Shown here: piece by piece, positions 56,784-64,000 of the stretch
Layout of the letters: every line of letters begins with the position of its first letter
How positions within the stretch are numbered: position 1 is the first letter of the stretch
DNA from: an uncultured Candidatus Rokubacteria bacterium
Lineage (GTDB): Bacteria > Methylomirabilota > Methylomirabilia > Rokubacteriales > CSP1-6
Reading direction: 5' to 3'
NCBI GenBank assembly: GCA_963758635.1
Contig: CAVWWD010000006.1
Span: 64,001-128,000 of the forward strand
DNA length: 64,000 bases
Program-made: the position numbers and the translations under genes
Notes under the pieces: generated by a model
Database searches by the model: none
Seen by the model: only the letters and a program-made list of their open reading frames with translations
What the model was told of the DNA's origin: nothing

Positions 56784-56887
56784 GTCGCCGGGCTCCGCTC
56801 CACCGGCGGTGAAGAGATGCCGATGTCGACTTCGCCGTGCGGGCACACATCGCGCTTCTGCGTACACACGCGGAGCTGCCTCCTCAT
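56780..56887 (-). CDS. Possible 35-aa micro-ORF between hydantoinase A and B
   Basis: MRRQLRVCTQKRDVCPHGEVDIGISSPPVERSPAT*, stop overlaps next ATG (ATGA); GAGGAGG precedes an in-frame GTG. Confidence 0.3.
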   Translation of the reverse strand: MRRQLRVCTQKRDVCPHGEVDIGISSPPVERSPAT

Positions 56888-56891
56888 TCCC

Positions 56892-58928
56892 TCACGAATG
56901 TTCGAGCCGCAGGTTGCCGTGCTCGTCGAGGGCCGCCGTCCAGCCCGGCGGCAGGACGGTGGTGGCGCCGAACTCCTCGACGATGGCCGGCCCGGCCAGG
57001 CGCGCGCCCTCGGGCAGCCGGTCGCGCTCCCACACCGGGCAGTCCAGCGCGTCCCCCCGGAATCGCACGGGCCGCCGCTCGACCAGCGCGTCGTCGAGGG
57101 CGACGGCGGCGCTCCGGTACCGGTCGGTGGCCGGCTTGGCCACGAGGCCGAACGCGGTGAGCCGCGCGTTCACCAGCTCCACGGTGGCCGCACGGTTCTC
57201 GTGGCCGTAGACGGCGCGGTGCTCGCGGTGGAACGCGTCCTCGACGGCGACGAGCGCGGCGGGCCCTCCGAGCCCGGCCCCGACGGTCAGGTTCAGCTCG
57301 AACGCCTGCCCGCGATAGCGGAGGTCGAGCGTGCGCAGCAGACGCTGCGCGGTCGGGTCGAAGCCCTCGCGCTCGAGCTGGCCGCGGGCCAGGGTCTCCA
57401 TCTCGTCGTAGACGGCCGCGAGCACGGCGCCCTGCTCGCGGAGCGCGCCGAGGCGGGTCCGGACGTGGTCGTGCTTGATGTCCGAGGCGAGGAGCCCCAG
57501 CGCGGAGAAGTTCCCGGGGTGGCGGGGCACGAGGACGCGGGGGATCGCGATCTCCTCGGCGAGGGCCACCGCGTGCATCGGTCCCGCGCCGCCGAAGGCG
57601 ACGAGCGTGAAGTCGCGCGGGTCGTGGCCGCGCTGGATCGAGATCTCGCGGATGGCCGAGGTCATGCGGGCCACCGCGATCCGCACGATGCCCTCGGCGA
57701 GCTCCTCCACGCCCATCCCGCCGAGCCGCGCGGCGAGGCCGGCCACCGCCTCCCGCGCCCGTGGGGGATCAATCACGATGCTGCCGCCGAGCCGCCGGCG
57801 CCCGCCGATCCGGCCGAGGACGATGTTGGCGTCGGTGACGGTCGGCTCCGTCCCGCCGAGGCCGTAGGCGGCGGGGCCGGGCGACGCCCCGGCGCTGCGC
57901 GGCCCCACCTGGAGGCTCCCGTCCACGTCGAGCCACGCGATCGAGCCCCCGCCCGCGCCGACCGTGTGCATGTCGATCTGCGGCACCTTCACCGGGAAGG
58001 CCCCGACCATGCTGTCCAACGTCATGATCGGCCGCAGGTCCTTGACCAGGCACACGTCGGTGGAGGTGCCGCCCATGTCGTACGTGATCACGTTCGGGGT
58101 GCCCGCCGCGGCGCCGACGTGACAGGCCTGGCTCACGCCACCCGCGGGGCCGGAGAAGATCGTGCGGATGGGCAGGCGCCGCGCGGTATCGGTGGTCATC
58201 ATGCCGCCGGAGGAGCCCACGGTGAGGATGCCGTGCGTGTAGCCGGCGGCGAGGAGCCGGTCCTCGAGGCCGCCGAGGTAGGCGTCCATGAGGGGCTGGA
58301 GGTAGGCGTTGAGCACCGTGGTGGAGAAGCGCTCGAACTCGCGGTACTCCGCCACCACGTCCGCCGAGCAGGACACGGGCCAGCCGGGGCGCTTGCCCTT
58401 GGCGAGATCGGCCACCGCGTGCTCGTGCGCGGGGTTCAGGTACGCGTGGAGGAGGCAGACGGCGACCGCCTCCGCGCCGGCGTCGAGGGCGGCGTCCAGC
58501 GCGCGGTCGACGCTGGCGGGGTCGAGCGGCACGAGCACCGAGCCGTCGGCGGCGAGGCGCTCCGCCACCTCGAAGCGGTGGCGTCGCTCCACCACGGGCT
58601 TGGGCCGCACGAACGTCGGCACGAACAAGGCGGGGATGTTGCGCTTGGTGCGCCCGATCTCGATGAGGTCGCGGAAGCCGGCGGTGGTGAGGACGGCGAC
58701 GCGCGCGCCGCGCCGCTCGAGCACGGCGTTGGTGCCCACGGTAGTGCCGTGGACCACACGCCGCACGTCGGCGCTCGCGATGTGAAGCGCGGCGAGGCCG
58801 GCGAGGACCGCGCCCGCCTCGCGCTGCCGCTGGGACGGGACCTTGGTGACGACGACCCGGCCCGTCGTCTCGTCGATCGCGGTCAGGTCGGTGAAGGTGC
58901 CACCAACGTCGATGCCGATGAGGAACAC
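56892..58928 (-). CDS. Hydantoinase A/5-oxoprolinase subunit
   Basis: GIDVGGTFTD, HGTTVGTN, SGPAGG, DMGGTSTD, GAGGGSIA, AFGGAGP. Confidence 0.93.
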   Translation of the reverse strand: MFLIGIDVGGTFTDLTAIDETTGRVVVTKVPSQRQREAGAVLAGLAALHIASADVRRVVHGTTVGTNAVLERRGARVAVLTTAGFRDLIEIGRTKRNIPALFVPTFVRPKPVVERRHRFEVAERLAADGSVLVPLDPASVDRALDAALDAGAEAVAVCLLHAYLNPAHEHAVADLAKGKRPGWPVSCSADVVAEYREFERFSTTVLNAYLQPLMDAYLGGLEDRLLAAGYTHGILTVGSSGGMMTTDTARRLPIRTIFSGPAGGVSQACHVGAAAGTPNVITYDMGGTSTDVCLVKDLRPIMTLDSMVGAFPVKVPQIDMHTVGAGGGSIAWLDVDGSLQVGPRSAGASPGPAAYGLGGTEPTVTDANIVLGRIGGRRRLGGSIVIDPPRAREAVAGLAARLGGMGVEELAEGIVRIAVARMTSAIREISIQRGHDPRDFTLVAFGGAGPMHAVALAEEIAIPRVLVPRHPGNFSALGLLASDIKHDHVRTRLGALREQGAVLAAVYDEMETLARGQLEREGFDPTAQRLLRTLDLRYRGQAFELNLTVGAGLGGPAALVAVEDAFHREHRAVYGHENRAATVELVNARLTAFGLVAKPATDRYRSAAVALDDALVERRPVRFRGDALDCPVWERDRLPEGARLAGPAIVEEFGATTVLPPGWTAALDEHGNLRLEHS

Positions 58929-58937
58929 GGTTCAGCG

Positions 58938-58946
58938 ATGATAGCA
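58938..58946 (-). promoter_or_regulatory. Extended -10 promoter, near-leaderless
   Basis: TGcTATCAT 9 nt upstream of GTG 58928, no SD. Confidence 0.5.
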
Positions 58947-59040
58947 GACGCGCGCGGCGCCGCCCGTCGCGGAGGCGCCGCCGCCGCGGCCGGCGAGCGC
59001 GGAGCGCCGTCGCGAGGACGGGCGCAGCGGCCGGCCGGCG

Positions 59041-61338
59041 TCAGGCCGGTCGCCAGGTCGGGCCGTCCAGGTCGGGGAAGGTGACCTTGCACATGCCGGG
59101 GTCGATCCCGTCGACGCGGGCGCGCCCCTTCATGTCGAGCCGTCCCTCCGCGAGCGTGGTGCCGTCGGGGAGCGTGATGCGATAGTGCTCGCCGGCGACC
59201 GGCTTCCCCTGCTCGTCGATCAGCTCGATCTCGATCCAGTGCGGCTTCTTCTTCGCGTCCGGCGACTCCGGATCGTGCCACGGCGCGTTCTTGGCGTTGA
59301 GCTCCGCCGCGGTCATGGCCTCCCGCTGGCGGCGGTACGACTCGTCCATGCTCCCGGGCTCGGCGTTGTCGGCGATCTCCGCCACCAGCGGGGCCATCGG
59401 GCCCATGGGCGGGACGGGCGTGGGTGGCAGTGGCGCTCCCCCGCTGTTGATGAGGACCGTGGGGCCCACGATCTGCACGCCGGCGGGAGAGAGGGTGATG
59501 AAGCTCCCCCCGCACGAGATGGTCAGCCCTACCGTCCCCTGGAGGACCGCCTGCATCGCCTGGAGCGTGTAGTTGCCGGTCACCTGCTCGTGGTGGTTCG
59601 CCTTGAACGCCTCCCCGACGTCCATCGTGACGGTGAAGGAATGCGTGCCCGTGACGCTGACCGCCTGGTCGCCGCCCACCTTCAGGTTGTGGGCGCGCTT
59701 GACCTCCTCGATGAGGTCGCGCTTCACCACGATGTGCTCGTCGCGGGTCACCTCCTCGACCTTGTCGCGCTTCACCACGAGGTGCCGGTCGTTGCCGATC
59801 CACTCGCGGCGGTCGTTCTTGATCCGCACGTCGAGGTCCTTCTCGCCGTGCACGAACACCTGCTCCTCGCCCTTCTTGTCCTCGATGCGCATCTCGTTGA
59901 AGCCGTTGCCGCCGAGGCTCGAGTTCGACTTGAAGATGACCGTCTTGGTCTTGTGCTCGGCGAGGGGATACGGGGGCATCTCGAGGCCGTTGTACACCGC
60001 CCCGATGACGATGGGCCGGTCAGGATCGCCCTCGAGGAAGTCGACGATGACCTCCTGGCCGATCCGCGGGATGAACACCATGCCCCAGCGTTTGCCCGAG
60101 AGGTTCTGGGACACGCGGATCCAGCACGAGCTGTTCTCGTCGCCCTTGCCGTAGCGGTCCCAGTGGAAGAGCACCTTGATGCGCCCGTACTTGTCGCAGT
60201 AGATCTCCTCGCCGTCCGGCCCCACCACCATCGCGGTCTGGGTGCCCTTCACGGTGGGGCGGGGGGTGAGGCGCGCGGGCCGGAACTGCTGCTTGCTCTG
60301 GAGCGCGTTGAAGCCGCAGAAGAACGTCACCGCCTCCTCGGACGTGGTCTCGTACGCGTTGTCCCGCATGTCCCACCGCGCGCTCACGATCAGGTACTCC
60401 CGGGCCTGGTCCTCGCGGGGGGCGTTGGTGAGCGTGAAGAGGTGGCCCACCACGACGTCGCGGACGTTGCACTCGGCCTCGGCACGGTCGAACTGCGTGT
60501 GGAACTCGTCGATCCGCGTCTTGACGTAGTGCTCACCGTCCGCCATCTCGTAGTACTCGCCGGGCCAGTCGTACACCTCGTAGCGGGCGCGCTCGTGCGG
60601 CTGGGCGAGGCGCGCCTTCACCTCGAGCTCCACCTTCGGCCTGGTGAAGTCGTAGTCGTCGGTGACGGCCTCCCCGGGCTGCAACTCCTCCGTGGGCACC
60701 CAGTGGTGGATGTACTCGGGGTCGACCCGCACCTGCCGGCCCGGGGGATAGAACGCGATGGTCGGCCGGCCGGGAATCGCCACGTGGGCGGCGGAGGCGT
60801 CCACGATCTTGAGCACGTGCTGGTCGGCCTGGTGCTCGAAGTGGTAGTACATCCCCTCCTCCTCCATGAGGCGGCTCACGAAGGCGAAGTCGGTCTCGCG
60901 GTACTGGACGCAGTACTCGCGCTTGGCGTAGGTCCCGGTGAGCGACTCCTCGTACACCGCCACGTCCTTGTGGTCGGCGAAGACGTCCTTGATGATCTCG
61001 ATCGGCGTCTTGTCCTGGAAGATCCGGCAGTCCGCCGTGCGGGTGAGGAACCACAGCCACGGCTGCACCCGCATGCGGTACTCGTAGTAGCGCCCGACCA
61101 TCGCGCCCGCGGCGAACCGCGTGACGTACCCGTGAATGTGCCGGCGCTCGCCGTTGGCCAGCTCCACCGACACCGAGACGTCGCGGCCGAGCAGCTTGCC
61201 CGGGGCGATGGCGGGATCCGTGGACAGCGCGAGGAGGTCGTACTCGAACAGCCGCGACAGCTCCTCGCGGCCGCGCAGGGCGCGGAACAGCAGCACGTCC
61301 TTGCCGAGCGGCGTCGTCAGCTCGAAGACGCGGGCCAT
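59041..61338 (-). CDS. vgrG: Type VI secretion spike protein VgrG with C-terminal extension
   Basis: EELSRLF, CVQYRETDFAFVSRLMEEEG, DKYGRIKV.FHWDR, PRIGQEVIV.FLEGDPDRP, NEMRIEDKKG.EQ. Confidence 0.95.
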   Translation of the reverse strand: MARVFELTTPLGKDVLLFRALRGREELSRLFEYDLLALSTDPAIAPGKLLGRDVSVSVELANGERRHIHGYVTRFAAGAMVGRYYEYRMRVQPWLWFLTRTADCRIFQDKTPIEIIKDVFADHKDVAVYEESLTGTYAKREYCVQYRETDFAFVSRLMEEEGMYYHFEHQADQHVLKIVDASAAHVAIPGRPTIAFYPPGRQVRVDPEYIHHWVPTEELQPGEAVTDDYDFTRPKVELEVKARLAQPHERARYEVYDWPGEYYEMADGEHYVKTRIDEFHTQFDRAEAECNVRDVVVGHLFTLTNAPREDQAREYLIVSARWDMRDNAYETTSEEAVTFFCGFNALQSKQQFRPARLTPRPTVKGTQTAMVVGPDGEEIYCDKYGRIKVLFHWDRYGKGDENSSCWIRVSQNLSGKRWGMVFIPRIGQEVIVDFLEGDPDRPIVIGAVYNGLEMPPYPLAEHKTKTVIFKSNSSLGGNGFNEMRIEDKKGEEQVFVHGEKDLDVRIKNDRREWIGNDRHLVVKRDKVEEVTRDEHIVVKRDLIEEVKRAHNLKVGGDQAVSVTGTHSFTVTMDVGEAFKANHHEQVTGNYTLQAMQAVLQGTVGLTISCGGSFITLSPAGVQIVGPTVLINSGGAPLPPTPVPPMGPMAPLVAEIADNAEPGSMDESYRRQREAMTAAELNAKNAPWHDPESPDAKKKPHWIEIELIDEQGKPVAGEHYRITLPDGTTLAEGRLDMKGRARVDGIDPGMCKVTFPDLDGPTWRPA

Positions 61339-61371
61339 GGCCGCCTCAGGCCGCCCGATCGCGGGAGGACG

Positions 61372-61794
61372 TCATCCCGCGGCCTGCGCGCACCCGTCCG
61401 CGCGCGCCAGGAGCTCGTCCACCGCCGCCGCCAGCTCCTTCAGGTCGAGCGGCTTGTGGACGAGCCGGCCCACGCCCGTGCGGATGCGGGAGAACATCGC
61501 GAGCGAGGCCTGGTCGAGGACGTCCGCGCCGCCCGCCGACACCACGATCACGGGAACGTCGGGCTGGGACCGCTTGAGGCTCGCCAGCACCTCGAGCCCG
61601 CTCATCCGGGGCATGAAGATGTCGAGGATGATCAGGTCGGGCCGGCGCTCGTTGCTCAGGCGAAGGCCCTCCTCGCCGTCGCCCGCCGTGGTCACGTCGT
61701 AGCCGCGCTCGCGGAACAGGTGCTGGAGCATGCCGCGGATGTCGGGGTCGTCGTCGATCACCATCAGCGATCGGTTGGCGGTGCCTGTCGTCAT
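61372..61794 (-). CDS. Stand-alone receiver-domain response regulator
   Basis: IDDD, PDLIILDIFMP.MSG, VSA, KP. Confidence 0.88.
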   Translation of the reverse strand: MTTGTANRSLMVIDDDPDIRGMLQHLFRERGYDVTTAGDGEEGLRLSNERRPDLIILDIFMPRMSGLEVLASLKRSQPDVPVIVVSAGGADVLDQASLAMFSRIRTGVGRLVHKPLDLKELAAAVDELLARADGCAQAAG

Positions 61795-61942
61795 GTCCGT
61801 CTCCGACCCGAGGGGAAGATGCCCGATCCGTGACCGTCACGCCACGAAGGGCATTCTGGGCCGCGAGACGCGGCGGCGTCAAGGGCGCCGCGCCCGCGGC
61901 GCGGCAGCGATCCGTGAGACCATCGGTGAGCGGGCGCGCCCG

Positions 61943-63283
61943 ATGGGACGCAAGCGAGCGAAGAGACCCGGCACTCCGGCGGCGCCTCCCGGCGACCCCG
62001 ACGCCCTCGCGCGCGCCATCGATCATCACCGCGCGGGCCGGCTCGACGAGGCCGAGGACGTCTACCGGCGCGTCCTCGTCGCGCGGCCGCGCGACCCCGA
62101 CGCGCTCCACTACCTGGGCGTCCTGAGCCACCAGCGCGGCCGGGGCGAGGAGGCGGTCGCGCTCATCCGCCGGGCCGTCGGGGCCGCGCCGGACTACGCC
62201 GACGCGCACACCAACCTCGGCAACGTGCTCAAGGAGCTGGGCCGCCTCGAAGAGGCCGCCGCGTCCTACCGGCGCGCGCTCGAGCTGTCCCCGCATCACG
62301 CTCCGACCATCAGCAATCTCGGGGCCACGCTCCGGGCCCTGGGCCGGCTCGACGAGGCGGTGGCCCAGCATCGCCGCGCGCTCGAGCTGGCGCCGCGGTC
62401 GGCCACCGCACACCTGAACCTCGGCAACGCGCTGCGCGAGCGGGGTGACCTGGACGGGGCGATCGCCGCCTTCTTCGCGGCCGTCGAGATCCAGCCGAGC
62501 ATCGGCGCGTACCAGGGGCTCGGCCGCGCCCTCTACCGCGCCGGACGGAGCGCCGAGGCCATTGGCGTCTTCCAGGCGTGGCTCCAGCAGGAGCCAGGCA
62601 ACCCGATCGCGCTCCATATGCTCGCGGCGTGCTCGGGGCACGACGTGCCGGCGCGCGCGTCCGACGGCTACGTGCAGCGGATCTTCGACGACATGGCGGA
62701 GGGTTACGACGATCACCTGCGCGATCTCGGGTATCGCGGACCCGAGCTCGCCCGCCAGGCCCTCGCCACCGCCGCCGGATCCCCTCGCCGGGCGCTCGAC
62801 GTGCTCGATGCCGGATGCGGCACCGGCCTGTGCGGCGCGGTCCTCCGGCCGTATGCCCGCCGCCTCGCGGGCGTGGACCTGTCCGATTCCATGCTGGCCC
62901 GGGCCCGCGGCCGCGGCGTGTACGACGAGCTCGTGGCGGCGGAGCTCACCGCGTACCTCGCCGGCCACGCGCGGGCCTTCGACCTCGTCCTGGTCGCCGA
63001 TACCCTGGTCTACTTCGGCGACCTCGCTCCCGTGCTCGCGGCCGCCGCTGGGGCGCTGCGGCCCGACGGCCTCCTCGTGTTCACGGTGGAGAGCGCGGAC
63101 GAGGAGGGCGATGCCCCGCCCGAGGGCTACCGGCTGAACGTGCACGGGCGCTACAGCCACGCGGCGGCCTATCTGCGCGAAGCGCTCGCCGCCTTCACGG
63201 CCGTCTCGATCCTTCCCGCCACCCTCCGGCACGAGGTCGGACGGCCGGTGGCGGGCTATGTGGTGACGGCCCGCGCCGCCTGA
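61943..63283 (+). CDS. TPR-repeat + class I SAM methyltransferase
   Basis: Several TPRs (HYLG, NLGN), then LDAGCGTG, GVDLS..ML, DTLVYFGDL. Confidence 0.9.
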   Translation: MGRKRAKRPGTPAAPPGDPDALARAIDHHRAGRLDEAEDVYRRVLVARPRDPDALHYLGVLSHQRGRGEEAVALIRRAVGAAPDYADAHTNLGNVLKELGRLEEAAASYRRALELSPHHAPTISNLGATLRALGRLDEAVAQHRRALELAPRSATAHLNLGNALRERGDLDGAIAAFFAAVEIQPSIGAYQGLGRALYRAGRSAEAIGVFQAWLQQEPGNPIALHMLAACSGHDVPARASDGYVQRIFDDMAEGYDDHLRDLGYRGPELARQALATAAGSPRRALDVLDAGCGTGLCGAVLRPYARRLAGVDLSDSMLARARGRGVYDELVAAELTAYLAGHARAFDLVLVADTLVYFGDLAPVLAAAAGALRPDGLLVFTVESADEEGDAPPEGYRLNVHGRYSHAAAYLREALAAFTAVSILPATLRHEVGRPVAGYVVTARAA

Positions 63284-63475
63284 CCCGTGACGGCGGCGCC
63301 ATGCCCGGATCGGGCTCGCTGGACTTCCGGCATTCTTCCGCCGCACGGGATCCTTCCTGACCGGGCTCTCCCGAGATTCGCTGGTTTCGGCGCCGGCGCA
63401 GTGGCCCGCGGCCCGGCACCCGCGATGCATGCGTGAAGGGCCCAGCGGGCCCTATGTGTGCAGAAATCTGCGCCC

Positions 63476-63505
63476 TTGACAGGGTAGGGCCCCGGGGGAT
63501 AGCTT
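63476..63505 (+). promoter_or_regulatory. sigma70-like promoter for tssA
   Basis: TTGACA-N18-TAGCTT. Confidence 0.5.
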
Positions 63506-63540
63506 CGGCGAGCGGGTCTTAGCGGGTTGTTACCGAGGGG

Positions 63541-64000
63541 ACGGCCATCGTCAACCTAGATACGCTTTTGCAGGAAGCCAGCGAAGCACCCCCCTGTGGG
63601 CCGAACCTCGAGCACGACCTCTCGTTCTTCGAGCTCGAGGAGGCGGCGCGGGCCAAGCCCGAGCAGAGCATCGGCGACGCCGTCAAGCCGGGCGAGGAGC
63701 CGAAGTGGTCCCAGGTCGTCGAGCTCTCGCAGGCGATTCTCGGGCGCAGCAAGGATCTCCGCGCAGCCATCTACCTGACGCGAGGTCTCGTGCGGACCGA
63801 GGGCATCACCGGGCTCACCGTTGGGCTCGGGCTCGTCCACGGGCTGCTCGAGCGCTACTGGGACAATGTCCATCCGCTGCTCGAGGCGGAGATGGACAAC
63901 GACCCCACCGAGCGCCTCAACGCGCTCACTCCCCTGGCCGACGTTCGAGACCCTCGTCAAGGACATCCGCGACAGCGACCTCGTGAGCTCGCGCGTGCAC
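63541..64000 (+). CDS. tssA: T6SS TssA (ImpA N-terminal domain), partial; non-canonical start; frameshift near 63945
   Basis: Manual translation: NLDTLLQEASEAPPCGPNLEHD...PKWSQV...SKDLR...LLERYWDNVHPLL...ERLNAL; missing from ORF track. Confidence 0.88.

Noticed and set aside
54687..59084. 1465-aa plus-strand ORF (likewise 15943..18645, 59185..61833, 38660..40684)
   Set aside because: Antisense shadows of real genes in GC-rich DNA; no motifs.

Overview
Very GC-rich bacterial chromosomal segment. Gene content and style suggest a soil diderm such as Ca. Rokubacteria/Methylomirabilota; this is inference only. Scattered single-base indels split several clearly recognisable genes, probably long-read errors. 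Left to right: GH31 glycosidase (partial), LysE, a Cys-to-Asp MurA, MFS, membrane protein, cydAB and glk-pgi-tkt. Then a ~19 kb envelope/signalling region (MASE1-GAF-PAS kinase, four FixJ-type receivers, Pal-like and other lipoproteins, MscS, Ysc84, HtrA, DUF4105 + lipase) that carries a recurring 18-bp palindromic operator-like motif and several decayed gene remnants. Next come catabolic clusters (Rieske oxygenase, NHL/RidA/amidase/AtzH-like; XDH-family Mo enzyme with LLM and SDR; hydantoinase/oxoprolinase A/B), an ECF sigma/cupin anti-sigma/MEDS kinase module, vapBC, and the edge of a type VI secretion locus (vgrG, tssA). Most interesting: (1) a two-gene operon pairing a lipoprotein-anchored plant-type fatty-acid alpha-dioxygenase homologue with a lipoxygenase, a candidate bacterial oxylipin system; (2) a leaderless two-gene module of a small basic protein plus a TIR/NDT-like protein, a candidate TA or defence system; (3) the FixJ-type operator motif. 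No CRISPR array, rRNA, tRNA or transposase was recognised.
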